This document shows positions 32,814 to 47,475 of a stretch of 64,000 bases of DNA, one piece after another (position 1 is the stretch's first letter; the number at the start of each line of letters is the position of its first letter). A program made the translations under genes and the position numbers. Source of the DNA: the human T2T-CHM13v2.0 reference genome, Homo sapiens; NCBI RefSeq assembly GCF_009914755.1, contig NC_060940.1, one strand, 5' to 3'. The notes below the pieces were generated by a model. The model made no database searches, was not told the DNA's origin, and saw only the letters and a list, made by a program, of their open reading frames with translations.

Positions 32814-34130
32814 GTAAGATGTTTGCTTTTGAAAAAGCACCAGGCTGGCCCTTGCTCTGCTCTCAAAGAGCAGTAGCACTTATTTAAAAGAGGGATAATA
32901 ATAATATGTAGCAAACATATATTGGGGGCTTAGTATTATTAGCTCTGTGCCAAATATTTCACACGCATTAGTTCATTTAATCCTCTTAACCTCACTATTA
33001 TCACCAAGGAACGAATCGGCTAACTTGGAAAGTTAATGTATTAAAGTTACGCTAGCTCCTATTTGACCATCTTAACACATGGAAGTTTATTTCTCATTCA
33101 TTCACATGATAGCTTAAGGTGGATATTTGGTGGATGATCTTCTGTAAGAGCATTCAGAGACCCAGGCTCTTTTCATCTTATGGTTCCACTATTGTCTTGG
33201 GTCTAAAGGTCCTTTGCTTCTAGCCAACAGATGGGCAGACAGCACCAAAGGGTCATGAATAGGAGGTTTTATGGGCCAGTCCCAGAAAGAACACACACCC
33301 TTCTCATAGTCTAGCACTACTGCTCAGGTCGTTGGCTACGCCTTACTGAAAGCAAACTGAGAAACCTTGTCATTGGGTGCACCCAGAAAGGCCTGGCACT
33401 GGCAGTAAAGGGTGGAGCCTGGAGTCAAGCCAGGCATTTCAACTTCGGAGCCCGTGATTTTCCTGTATAGATAGCACCTCTCTGAACAGTGAAGCATGAG
33501 CCAGAATTATCCATAGGAAGAAAGGGGCAGGGAGGGGGCTGCTCTGGGAAAGGAAAGTCGTGTGCATGCATACTGAGGAATGCAAGAGCCTCAGAGGCTG
33601 GGAGAACTACAAGAAGGCTTACTGGGGTGCAAGTCCAGGGATGTCTTGTTATCTCATCTAATTATAGGTGTTGGCAAAGGGACACCTGGGGGGAAAGGGA
33701 AGAAGGGGCATGAGGTGAGGCTGAGCAAGGAGACAGGTATCAGATGCACATAAAGACCATGTACACCAATCCAGCAAATGTGGACTCCAACCTGGGTGTG
33801 ACCAAGAGCCACTGACAGACTAAAATGGGGCTATGATTGATTTGAGTTTTGAACAATCACTGGTGGTGCAGAGGGGATGGATGGGTAGAGGGAGGCTGGG
33901 GCTGCAAGATCATTTGCTGGCTGTTGCAGTCACCTGGGGGAATGATGGTTTATAACCTGTGATTCTGAAGTTATTGATCATGGCCACATGTTTGTCAGCA
34001 CAGGGAAGCAGATGGAAACCCAGCTGCCATCATGGTTTTAGATGATTTTGTTTGTCTCACTCTGGCTATTGCTCTGGGCCCCAGGCTTGTTCTCAGGGTC
34101 CATGCCACTCAGAGCTTCCGAGAGGATTCA

Positions 34131-34535
<405 letters not shown>

Positions 34536-34867
34536 GGAAACAATTTTCTTCAAATCACAGATTAAGATGAGAAAACTGAAGGACAAGTGGATGGGAGAGC
34601 TGGTTATTTGAGGTGATAGTTTTAGAACAGATTTGGTGAAACTTGGGAAGTTTCTTGAAAAGGAGGGGGTTCTGATGGTCTTAGTTTTCAGATTTATTTT
34701 TCAATTTTGAATGCAGAGCATTGCATATAATTTAAGGTTGTCCCAATAGTTCCAGCAGGATGTGAAAGGAAAGCTTAAAGCTAGATGTTAGAAGTTGACC
34801 CTCTGTTTCTCAGATGTCTAGAGGCTGCAGGCTAATTTTGAGGACATCCATTTGCCCAGTTCCATAG

Positions 34868-35191
<324 letters not shown>

Positions 35192-37137
35192 AGTTCTTCC
35201 TATCTTTAACTTGACTCTCTTAAGCTGTGGTCTGGAAAATGAACTATCGTTGTCCCTTCAGTCATTGTTTCTTTGACTTCCTTACGTGTATTTTTGCAAG
35301 CATTCTTTCATGTACGCATGAATACAATTGCTTAATACATCTGTGCTTTGTGTCTGTGATGGCCTGGAGACTGTGCCAGAGCCAGAGATCCAGCAATGCC
35401 ATCTTGAGAGCCACTGTCCTTGTGGAATATAGAGTCTTAACGGAGGGAGAGGGGACAAAAAATAAAACTATAAAGAGAAATAACTGATTCACATTTTCGA
35501 CATGTGCTCTGGTAGTGAAATGCAAGGTGCTATCGAATACTTACTGATGGAGAAATCAGAAACACTGTCAATCGCAGAGTGGGATTTTGGCTGAGAATTG
35601 AGGGATGAGAAGTTGGCCAAAGGAAGAGCATTTCTGACTAGCAGGGATGCCATGGGCTAGGATCCCACATCAGGAAAAGCTTGCTGAACTTATGAACCTG
35701 AAAGGAGGCCAGTGCAGCTGGCAGGATGTGGGGAGTGGGAAGAGAAGGGAGATGGCATCTCTTCTGAAAAAGTAATAGCCCATAACCAGAGAACTCCTGC
35801 CTGCTCCATTTCCTCAGCATCCTTCCCATCCTCTATCTTTCCACTGCCCTAGATCTACTCTCTTAGCCCCCACATCACTGGTGTCTGCTGATGTCAGAAG
35901 AACAGAAGGCATTTGAGACCCACCTCACCCTCACCTTCCTTCAAAGGTGACTTCCCACAATTCATTGTGTTTTTAAATAGAGACCTTGGGATTACACTCA
36001 GAATGCCCAGGAAGTTACAGATACGTTTACACAACCCTCCGTCCTAGCAAACCTACCCTCAGGAAATAAGAAGAGCAAAGCTACAGGTACAAGGCTGCCT
36101 GTTGCAGAGCCAAACCCTGCTTCTGCTTCATTGTAAGTGCTCAGCACATGTTGACAGAGTGAATTATAGCATTGCCTGCAATAGTGAAAATTCAGAACAA
36201 GCCCCTACAATCAACAGAAGGGAAACAGTTCAGTCGATTATGCCACACCCACATACTTGAGTATTGGGCAGTCCCTTAAAAAATGATAATTATGAAGACA
36301 GCCACAAAATGAAAAAAATGCCCATGGTAGCACATTGCGTGAAAAAAGCAGAATGCCAGATTCCATCTACTCTGTGATCACAGCTTTGTACAAATTCTCG
36401 GTGCATGTAGACTTAAAATGAAAGGAAAGGGAAAATATCCAACTGCCAACATGCGATAGGAGTGGAATGCAGAGTGATTTCTCTTTATTTTTTGATCACA
36501 GATATTGTTACGCTATTAGGTGTACAATGAACCAGAAAAAAAAAAAAAGATAAAATTTCTTGAGATGAAAACTCTTTTATAAGCCAGTCAATCGGGAAGC
36601 CTCCTTTGAACACATTCTCAGCCTTGAGGCAGGTGTTGTAAAGGGAATAGAAAAAAAAATATTTATGACACAGACCTAACCTTTACATCCGTTACTTTCT
36701 CTCTCTTTAGGAGGAGAGAGATGATTATGAGTGAAACCAAGCCAAAGCGTTAGAAACCTTGAGTTGTGTGTACCTAACTGCAAGGGCTTTACAAATAAGG
36801 AAAAGAGAAAGATCAGAGAGAGCACGTCAAGATGGACAGCCCCTCAGGTGCACTTGAAGGTTGCGATCGATTTCAGTAGGTGGAGGGGGAAGCGTGAGAG
36901 AATCCACACAAGGGAATCTTGGACAGAACAGGGCAGATAATAATAGCCACGCTTTGTTGCTCTCCTGCCATCCTGCTACGAGTTCAATTAGACCATTTTC
37001 TGTGCACCTGAGACAATCCTGCAAGGTGAACATTCCTCATTTTACAGATAAGGAAATTGAGAGGTAGGAACAGATTTGGCCTTGGAGGTGTGTGAGTCTG
37101 TCAGCTTTCTATTCTGCAAAACTCCTCTTGGTTTACA

Positions 37138-37300
37138 AGAGGACTCAAGGAAACTTTTGGGCGTGAAGCATATGTTCATTACGTGGACGGTGATGAGGGT
37201 TTCACAGGTGTGAACATATTTAATCTCTCACCAAATTGTACACTTTAAATATGTACAGTTTACTGTATGTCAATTATATCTCAATAAAGCTATTAAAAAA
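37138..37300 (+). mobile_element. L1M extreme 3' end
   Basis: caaattgtacactttaaatatgtacagtttactgtatgtcaattatatctcaataaagct followed by an A-tail. Confidence 0.85.
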
Positions 37301-37497
37301 ACCTGCCTTTAAAAAAATCAAACAACATTTTAAAACTTCATTGGGTGGAAATGGGTACACAATATCATCTCAGACCTTTTGTTCATTCATTCATTCATTC
37401 ATTCATTCATGTAGAGATGCTTCTCGACTTACAATGGAGTTACATCCCTGTAAACCCATTAGAAACTTAAAATATCATGAGTCAAAAATATATTTAA

Positions 37498-37806
<309 letters not shown>

Positions 37807-37894
37807 ACCCACAAAACACAACATTTCAAAACATTGGGTGGGAAATGGGTACACAATATTATTTCAGACCTTTTGTTTTTTCATTTATTCTGTA

Positions 37895-38245
37895 CAGATG
37901 CTTCTCAACTTAAAGTGGAGTTACATCCTTGTAAACTCATCATAAGCTTAAAATATCATGAGTCAAAAATGTATTTAATACACCTAACCTACTGAATGTC
38001 ATAGCTTAGCTTAGCCTACCCTAAATTTACATTAGCCTACAGTTGGGCAAAATAAACTAACACAAAGCCTATTTTACAATAAAGTGTTGAAAACCTCGAG
38101 TTGTATGCAGTCAGGTATACACAACTCAGGATTCTTAATGCTTACCAAATACTGTACTGAAAGTGAGAAACTGAACAGTTGTATGGGTACATCACAAAGT
38201 TGAAAAATTATGAAGTGAGACCATTGTAAATGGAGTACCATCTAT
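37895..38245 (+). mobile_element. MER47-like (TcMar-Tigger) element; partial extra copy of its 5' end at ~37412-37497
   Basis: cagatgcttctcaactta...atttaatacacctaacctac...ttacattagcctacagttgggcaaaa...actgtactgaaagtga...accatct. Confidence 0.8.
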
Positions 38246-38681
38246 ATTAGTGAGGCCTACAAACAGACTACGAAGATACAATGGTGAGCAAAACAAGCAA
38301 ATCCCCATGCAAGACAATGGGGTTGGCAGCTGATAGGGAAGTACAGAGCACTGTGGGGGCACAGGTGAGCAATGCCTAAATGGAAGCCTGAAGAACACAT
38401 GGGAGCTCTCTTTTGGGTCTTCCACATTGTATGAAGTAAATACTGTGCTTATTTTTCAGAGGGAGGCAAGGCAAGCCTAGTTAAGTAAATATCACACAAA
38501 TAGACGTGACGGGACTCAGTTCCAGGTGGCTGTAGTGCCAGAGCTTGTGATCTTTCTAGCACCCACACTGACTCTCACAAAGGAAGTGAGGGCGGCTTGC
38601 TCCTCAGCCAGGGAGGAAGCCAGATTGCCTGTATTAAAGCATGTGGTTTTGTGAGGTGCTTGGATGGTGCTTGGTTAGATC

Positions 38682-38835
38682 AGAGCTTCCAACCTCAGCA
38701 CTGTGGACATTTGGGCTGGGATCATTCTGCTATCGGTGGCGCTGCCTTGTCCATTGCAGATGTTGAGCAGCATCCCTGGTCTCTACCCATTAGATGCCAG
38801 TGGCACCCCCCTGCCCTTCAAGTCATGAAAATATG
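38682..38835 (-). mobile_element. MER20 fragment
   Basis: caacctcagcactgtggacatttgggctgg...cagcatccctggtctctacccattagatgccagtggcacc. Confidence 0.8.
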
Positions 38836-39315
38836 AAACGACTGCAGACCCTGGTGGAGAACAGGGCTAGATTGATGAGACTCTTGAAAGCTCTTAAATG
38901 GAGTAAACATTGCATTATGTCAGAAATGTAGAGCTCTTTGCAGATTTGAAGCAGTTAAGCACTGTTCAGAAAGGTGAAACTACAAAAAAAAAATGATCTG
39001 GCTGCCATGTACAGGAATGGTGAGAGAAGAGATCTCCAAAATCAGGAGAATGAGTAGCAGAAGGGGGAAGGGAGAGGCAGTGCCTATAGAGATTTTGAAG
39101 GAGAACGAGAGAATGACCTATGACTAGGGAAAATACTGCAAGATGAGACCAAGACGTCTTTTCCTTTTTGTTGTTGTTAGACAATGAGGAATGGAGCTGT
39201 AATGACTTCCTTTAGACAAGATAAATACAGTGTGAGAGTGAGAACTCCAGGGGCCTGCATAACAGGCCAGGGAAAGTGGGACTGGAGCTCCATTGAGTAC
39301 AAAGCCACTCCCTTA

Positions 39316-39606
<291 letters not shown>

Positions 39607-40019
39607 CCACCCACTTCGAGCATTTTCCAAATGACTGACATGAGCTGGCTCTGGAAGTTAGGAAACTGCGATAAAGCACAATCTCTAGCCAAAGGAGCAC
39701 AAAGCCCACAGAGGAAGGAATCAAACTCCCGATCGAGGGGGAGCAGCTAATTGTTAAAATGACTTGAATCTTGCTATCTGCTTCACCCGATAGCAGTCAT
39801 AGGTGAAGCCAAGGGGTATAAGATCAGAAAAGGCAGAGATCAGACCGAACTCCTGCACTTCTAGCACAATGCCTGGCACATAATAGGAGCTTATTTTAAA
39901 ACTGGTGGAAATTAATAAGAGTCTAATCACCTGGAAAGAATAGGGACCAAGGGATCTAGAAGGCATTCCTGGAGGTAGTATTGCGAAGTACATATGGGAA
40001 CTACTAATAGTAAACACTT

Positions 40020-40218
40020 ACCAAGAAGCCTACCACACATCAGCACTGGGCTTGGCCCCCTGTGAGAAACCTGTCACGTGCTGGGTGCTGTGCTTGGCAC
40101 TCTGTAAGAAGCCTACGGTAGAGTAGGCATTGTGTCCAGTCCTCTATAAGAAGCCTATCGCGTACCAGGCACGGTGCTTGGCACCCTGTGCAAAGCCTAC
40201 TAAATGCCAGGCACTCGG
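40020..40218. repeat. Degenerate minisatellite, ~42-bp unit, ~5 copies
   Basis: aagaagccta...ggcac.gtgcttggcac.ctgt recurring at ~40023, 40064, 40106, 40148, 40190. Confidence 0.8.
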
Positions 40219-42352
40219 AAATAGTCTCATCCTGTGATGGTTAAAGCTGTGGCACAGATGAGTTCTCAGAAAAAGGGATTCAGAAAGAGAAAACAGAGTG
40301 GAGAGCCAAAGACCCAGCTGGAGAGCAAAGTCACCATAAAGAGGAATTCTTTTCTTGGCAAGGTCAAAGGGTTTCTCTCTAAGTACCGCCTCTGTTGGAA
40401 CCTACTGCCACTCAAGAGAAATTCTTCCCTAATCTGTGTGGGCAAGAAGGAAAGAGGCAGCATTCACCATCCAGGGCCCGGGGCTGGGGACACAGGAAGG
40501 ACAGACATGAAGGTCTTGGAACAGCAACTCTGAAATATCTTACTGCTGAATTTGGCTCATATAATCCCCGAGCTGGGGCTATTTGTGTTTGCTTTTTAAA
40601 TCCGCAGAGATTTATGGCAGCAGGAAAAAGCACACAGAGGAATTGCTGCATTTGGCCTTCTGCCACACCTTCTTCGCTTTCATGTAATAATCATACATAT
40701 GCAGGCAGTGGTGAACACCCCCAGAAACCGGAGTCAGGGGGCACAGAAATGATGAAGATGGTCTTTGTTCCTCTGATGAGCCTTCCAGCTCCACTTGTGA
40801 TTTTCATGATTATTTCATTAAAAGGGCTACTGCAGCGCTTTTCAGTGTGGGTGTAACTGAGGCAGGGTCAGTCCCAAGGCTGCTCATGGGACCAGGAACA
40901 TTCTAAATAGACCCAACTGAATCCAGTTCAGTACAGTCTTTCTATGGGGTCTGTCATAGAAGGGACTCAACAGAGGTGGAGCACTTTTCAATTTTGAAAT
41001 TGTTACCCGAAGGAACATTTCTACCCTTGAAAGGAGCAATAGCTGCTGGAATGGTTTGACAGAAAGAGCAAAAGCATCCTCACCCTCAGGTGCTGAGAAT
41101 GATATCTGCCTCTGCCCAACTTCTCCCCCTCAGAATCCACCTCCCCTACCTCCTCCCACCCTCCACCCCACCACTGACCTTCAAAAGGATGCAATGACAG
41201 CAGGAAGGAGAGGATTTGTGGTTCTGTTGACCCCCAGCCATGCATGTGATCCAACTGTAGAAATGCCGAGAGAGAGGCATGGACGGGGGCAGGTGGCCTG
41301 AATGTGAAGGAGACCCACAAGTGTCTCCTTCTAGTGTTAAGCCCAAGAAAGCACCCCCCAGCTTTTCTCATCCCTGCTAGGTACCTGCATGGCATAGAAG
41401 TGACAGTGGTGGTCGCCTCAGGGTTGGCCGCTACTTACCCTATGAAACCCTAATTCACCTTTGATGCCCTTGCCTGGTTTCTAGATGTGATGGAACAAAC
41501 TAAGGTCTTCCCACTCTATGCAGTGGGCCCAGGGGTGAGTCACCTGACCCTCACTGAGCCTCATTTTCCTTGTCTATCAAATGGGGATAATGATGGCCCC
41601 AGAGTCAGAGGATTGGCATGAGGCATAAATGTAGCCTGGATAACAGAGCAAGACCCAGTCTCAATGATTAAAAACTTACGAACTTCTTAGCATTCTACTT
41701 GGGACATAGTAATTGCTCAAGAGTGTGGCACACTCTCTTTGGAAGGTCAAGAGCATCAAGCCTCAGCTCCAGTCATTTCTGGGCTGGTGTCTCCACCCAC
41801 CCTGAAGGTTGAGTTGGAGAGGTTTTGCGTACTCTTTCTTTTCATGCCCTTTTCCCAACCAAAAGACTTGAAGGTGGGGCATTTTGAAAAATGGTAATCA
41901 ATCAAAGCTACCATGGACCCAGAGCTTACCATGAACTGGGCTCTGTGTTCCATTTGCATCAGTTCATTCAAGCTTCATAAAGAAAATGTAGGTGTTATCA
42001 CCATCATCCCCTTCCACAGTTGGGGAAACTGAGGCACAGAGAGGCTAAGTAACTCACCTAAGGTCACACAGCATGTAAGTAGCAGAAATGAATGCTTAAC
42101 ACTGAAATAAAATGTATATTCCTAAGCCCAGTACTGTGTTGCCCTTGAGCCACCCCTCTCCCCTGCGTACCCACCTCCATGTGAGCTGTTGATTGTGATA
42201 GCCATTCTTAGGGTCCTTCTACAAGGAGTCAGTGGCCAGGCCTCCTGATTGCCATGGTTGGTGTCCCAAAGCCTTCTCACTGTCCTAGGTCAAGCTATCA
42301 TACTATTCTCTGAGAAGTGCCTTCCCTTTGTCACCTGGCCAATTTCTGCTCT

Positions 42353-42592
42353 GAAAACAGGCCTGGGGAGAAGTGAGGGAGACAGGAACGCAATTACCCA
42401 GCCCATAATGCAAGGTGAAGACCTGACCACCAACCTGAAGCCCACCAACCAAGAGTCCGTGTGGTCCAACTCCCACCTGCCTCTCCAGCCCAACCTCAAA
42501 GCAAGCGGCCCTTTGTTTTCATGCTCCAGCCACAGTGGCTGCTTCCCAGTCTTCCTCCCACCATAAGGCCTTTGCACATCCTGTTCCCTCTG
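42353..42592 (+). repeat. Copy 1 of a ~240-bp local direct duplication
   Basis: Aligns to 44249-44487 at roughly 85-90% by eye. Confidence 0.92.
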
Positions 42593-44248
42593 GTTCCCTC
42601 TGCTGCCAACCCTCAACAGAGGGTCATCTTCCAATGCTCGTAAGTTGCTCTATTGGAGCAGTGATCACTCTGTGTTTGGTTCATTTATAGATGTCTGTCC
42701 TTGTACACCATGAGCTCCTGGATGGTGAGGGCAAACTTCTGCCTTCTCTGTGTATTCACAACTCAGCATGCACAGTGCCTAGCATGTAGTAAACACTCAG
42801 CAAATGGTTATCCAGTGGCTGGAAATTAAGGGTAAATTTGTGGGACTCTGAACTTGGGTCTTTCCTATAAACTCTCGGGGAAAACCAGCTTGAAAACAGA
42901 AATCTTTTGGTCTAGATGTTTGATCTAGGCCAAACTTTGATCAAATGTAATCAGACTCTGAATGTATGTGTATTTATTTCAAGACAAAATTTAAGCCTGG
43001 ATTTTTCAGAGACTAAATTAAATTGGCTGCTTCTCAGAGCTGCTTGCTAAAGTGATGCTTCCATACTTAATACTGGCTTGAACATTTATTAAGTCTTAAA
43101 CTCAGACTGGTGAAAAGGCCATCATCTCTGGAGTTAAACTAGACCTAGAATTGAATTCCAGCTGTGCTAGTTACGTAAGCTTGGGCAAGATTGCTGCATC
43201 TGTAAGCCGTGATTTCATTTTTTTAAAAGTGGAGTTAAAATGCCTGCCTCATAGGCTTTTTGTGAGGGTTAATTATGAAATAGCTGTTATATAGGAGAGC
43301 TCTGAAATATGAGTTTCCTTTCCGAGGAAGCACACATATAGAGACACAGAATAGCAGTCTTAAACTGTTTTCTTCATCATCTTTCATTCATTCAGTTACC
43401 CATTCATTGAAACACTTGTGCATTCCTCTGGTCAATCACTATTTCTTGAGAAGCAACACTATATCCAACAGGAAGAGAAGGGCCATAGATATTATCATAA
43501 GCAGCACAAACATGGTCCAAGGGGCTTAAATTTTGGTGGAAGAGAAAGTCAATAAATAAATAATTACAACCTATGATAGGTACTAAAAAGTATCTCCAGT
43601 GTAGACATTAAAGCACAAAGGAAGCTAAAATGGAGATCCGTTTTAGGTGGAGTGATTAGTTACAGGTCCTCTGGAAAGATCGTATGTGGGTGAGGTCTGA
43701 AGGATGAGAAGGAGCCAGCTCTAAGGAGAGCAGGGGATAGGCTGTCCAGGCAGAGATGACAGCACATGCAAAGGCCCTGAGGTCAGAAAGTTCTAGGGAC
43801 AATCAAAAGGCCAAATGCCTTGAGCTGTGGGTGGGAGGTGAAGATGGGGAAGTGCACAGGAGTTTATAGGCCACTGTTGGCTATGGACATGCCCTGCTTC
43901 TCTGCAGAACCAGAGTCCAGCGGACAGAGCAACAGGTCAAGGTGGGACTAATACAAGGAGATATGACTGGCAGTTTGTGGGAGAGAATGTGGCCCGCCAA
44001 GTAGAATGCAGATGTGAGGGGCATCAGAGGACAAAAATTCAAGGCTGGGCGGACCCATCATGGGTACAGCAGGAGGTATGCATGGCCTAATATTGGTGAG
44101 GCTGCTTCTGACCACAGGTGGGCATCCTGCAGGCAAGGGGAGAGGTCTTGGAGAAATGCAGTTCACTGAGATGACTTGATGGCTCAGGAGGGTGGGCTGG
44201 TAAAAGCAGACCAGGACCCCACTCTCGCAAGAGTGAGCAAACTTAGCA

Positions 44249-44487
44249 GAAAACAGACCCGGGCAGAAGTGAGGGAGACAGGAGCACAATTACCCACCCC
44301 ATAATGCAAGGTGAAGACCTGACCACCAACCTGAAGCTCACCAACCAAGAGTCCATGAGGTCCAACTCCCACCTGCCTCTCCAGCCCAACCTCGAAGCAA
44401 ACACCCCTTTGTTTTCATACTCCAGCCACACTGGCTGCTTCCCAGTCTTCCTCAACCACAGGGCCTTTGCACATGCTGTTCCCTCTG
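44249..44487 (+). repeat. Copy 2 of a ~240-bp local direct duplication
   Basis: Shares cccataatgcaaggtgaagacctgaccaccaacctgaagc and ggtccaactcccacctgcctctccagcccaacctc with copy 1. Confidence 0.92.
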
Positions 44488-44817
44488 CCTAGGACACTAT
44501 TCCCTTCACTCTTTACCTATTTAACTCCTTCCCTTCCCCAGGGATGCCTCTCTGATAGCCCTGATTGGGAAAATTCTCCATTTACACAATTCTAGAGCCC
44601 CTTAGTGGCATGAGACCACATTTCAACTTAACATTTATTTGTGTAATTATTGGTGAATATCTGCCTCTTATACGCTCCAAAAAGAGGAGAAAGCAATATA
44701 CTACATCCTCCAGTGCCTAGTGCAGTGCCCACTGCTGAATATTTAATGAACAAATTAATTTGTAAAAAAAAAAAAAAAAAAAAAAGCCAGTCTGGCTCCT
44801 AAGTAACTGGCTTAGAT

Positions 44818-44990
44818 CAGTAATTCTCAGAGCGTGGAGCTGGAATTAGCAGTGGCAGCAGCACCTGGAAACGTTAGAAATGCAAATCCCCACCACAGAC
44901 CTACAGGATCAAAGAAAGGAAGGATTGCAATCTTTGTTTTAGTAAACCCTGCAGGTTATTACAGTGCACACTTAGGTTTGAGATCCACTG
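44818..44990. mobile_element. MER5A-like
   Basis: cagtaattctca...gcagcagcacctgg...gttagaaatgcaaat...cagacctac...gtttgagatccactg. Confidence 0.7.
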
Positions 44991-46291
44991 TCCTAATTAC
45001 TTTGTTTTGAACTTTCAGGTGAGACTTAAGAGGACACCCCTGTGCAGATAAGAGCTCTATTAGGCAGGAAGCTAAGCTGATCATTTTGGATGAGCCTTGG
45101 TAGTGGGCTGGATTTTGGACATGACATGAGGGCTTTTGAAGGGCATAGTCACATAAAGACTCAGCTGCATAGGGAAGCTGACTTAGTCTCTGCACCCAGG
45201 AGATGTACATGCAGTTTCCTAGTTAGTGAAACTGTGGACACAGGACCCAGCTGTTAACACATGCTGCAATGCCTAAATTTTGCTAGGGTGAACTTGGGGG
45301 TAGAAAAATTGAGATATTTGCTAAGACAAGTTAATCCTGCAAACTTGCAAACACAAGGAATGCCATTCTTGTCTGAACAGAGCAGGGATCTGCCAGAATA
45401 GGGATCTCTGTGGGCATGAATATCTTCCCCACAATCTCCAGAGTCTTCCTGTTCTACAGCCCCCTCCTGTATATGTTCTAAGAGTGGGAGCCCAGTAAAA
45501 GTTGCTTACATGCATTAGTGAGTGAGTGAGTGAATCAATGAATGTATAAAGAAATGAATAGAAGAGATCAACAAATGCTTTGTCTAATGCAGTACAAATG
45601 TGGCTTCTTTCTACTCCACAACCTCCCATTGCTGGAGGAAGTTCATCTCTATTTAACCCTCTTCCTCTCAGAGTCAGTTTTAGGTTGGACCTAGACATTG
45701 GAGAAAGAGAAGCTTACGAGTTAGACTAACGTGCTTTATGTTTTCACTGTAAAGGGAGGTTAGGAGGGAGGAAGGCCAGGCCCTGCTAGAGAAGCAGCCC
45801 CATGAAGACAGGGAGAACACTGGTTTGGTTCACTCTATCTCCAGCACCTTGAACAGAACCAGGCAACTAACCCTTGCTCTACACATAGGAGTTGCCTGAG
45901 CCTCCCCTTTTGTTGCCTCATTTCATTCTTACCCCAAAGAAACATACTAGCTCCACTTTACGAAGGATAAAGCTGAAGCTAGAGAATTTGAGTAAAGGAG
46001 CTAGACACAAACTCAGACCCACTGACCCCAAGTTCATTCCTCTGGCCCAGGCTGGTTCCCAGTGGCAGCTACCACCCAGACTCTTAGCTGCCTCCAGTTT
46101 TGTGAAATTTTTATCACTGGATCTGGGAAGACATATCCACCTCCTGGGCTTCTGCCCTATTTATTGCTACTCCTGGAGCTTTCAGGGTTCCTAATTCTGA
46201 GAGTCAGACAATATGACACAGGAAAGGAAAGGGATTGACAGTCTGGCTCCTGACAGGTCACAGAATTTTGCTTTGCCTTCTCACCATTTAG

Positions 46292-46395
46292 AATCTCTGC
46301 TGAAGGTGTGGACATCGTTTTGGATTGCCTCTGTGGGGACAACACTGGAAAAGGTCTCAGTCTTCTCAAACCCCTGGGAACCTACATTTTATATG
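46292..46395 (+). CDS. VAT1L: VAT1L coding exon (probably exon 5), 104 nt, (R)ISAEGVDIVLDCLCGDNTGKGLSLLKPLGTYILY(G)
   Basis: Acceptor ctttgccttctcaccatttag|A, donor ATG|gtgagt; GVDIVLD motif typical of MDR oxidoreductases; the ORF track reports a different frame here. Confidence 0.96.
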
Positions 46396-46840
46396 GTGAG
46401 TGCAAAACAGCAGCAGGGACGTGGTCAGCAATAGGTACCTCTACATATGTGCCTGCAAAGGCTCTGAAAAGTGAATTGTGCTGATATGTTGGGGTAGTGG
46501 GATGGGGGTGTTTCATTTTTTAATGTTTCCTATAATGTTTCTATTACTGTGAGTTATTTTCAATTTTAAAATAACATGTGCCTACTGTCCTATATCCTAT
46601 TATTTCAAATGGGATAAAGCAAGACCAAGCCAATGTGGTCATTGATATGACTAGAACCACTAAGGGACATCACCCACAGAAGGTAGCACAGGTGGAAAAT
46701 ATGAATGACTTCAAAGGAAGTTCAGAAATAAAGAAGGCATGAAGGACCCACAGTAGGATGGGGAAGAGTGGCTAGGATATGCAGGTTTTAAGGGAGGATC
46801 TTTACTATTTGAGAAGTTGCAAAGTACACACTCTGCTTCC

Positions 46841-46988
46841 CCTAAACTACTCCTGAGCATCCCACGCAAGACAGAAGCCCTGAATAGATGGAACACATGT
46901 CTGTTCTTCTTCTCCTAAACTCCTCCTGAGCGTCCCACTCTTAAGACAGAAGCCCTGGATAGATGGAACTCATGTCTGTTTCCATCTC
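46841..46988. repeat. Tandem duplication, ~73-bp unit x2
   Basis: cctaaact.ctcctgagc.tcccac...aagacagaagccctg.atagatggaac.catgtctgtt at 46841 and 46914. Confidence 0.92.
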
Positions 46989-47150
46989 TTTCTACATTCA
47001 CTTCTATGTCTTAGGAGTGGAAGAGATGTATGCAAAACAACTGGAAGAAGATTTTCTCCAGCAAAATGAGGCTCCAGGGCCTCCTTTCTCTCTTCTTTTT
47101 CTTCTTTTCTGTCATAGGCATGCAAACCAATTTAAACATTAGTCTCCACA

Positions 47151-47475
<325 letters not shown>

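Noticed and set aside
40234-40856. Cluster of 80-153 aa ORFs in TE-poor DNA (similarly 53416-54085)
   Set aside because: No recognisable domain or exon structure, and some use non-ATG starts; consistent with chance
42249-44492. Pair of similar ORFs (MQGEDLTTNLK...) suggesting a paralogous peptide family
   Set aside because: Explained by the DNA duplication; starts and stops differ and there is no coding evidence
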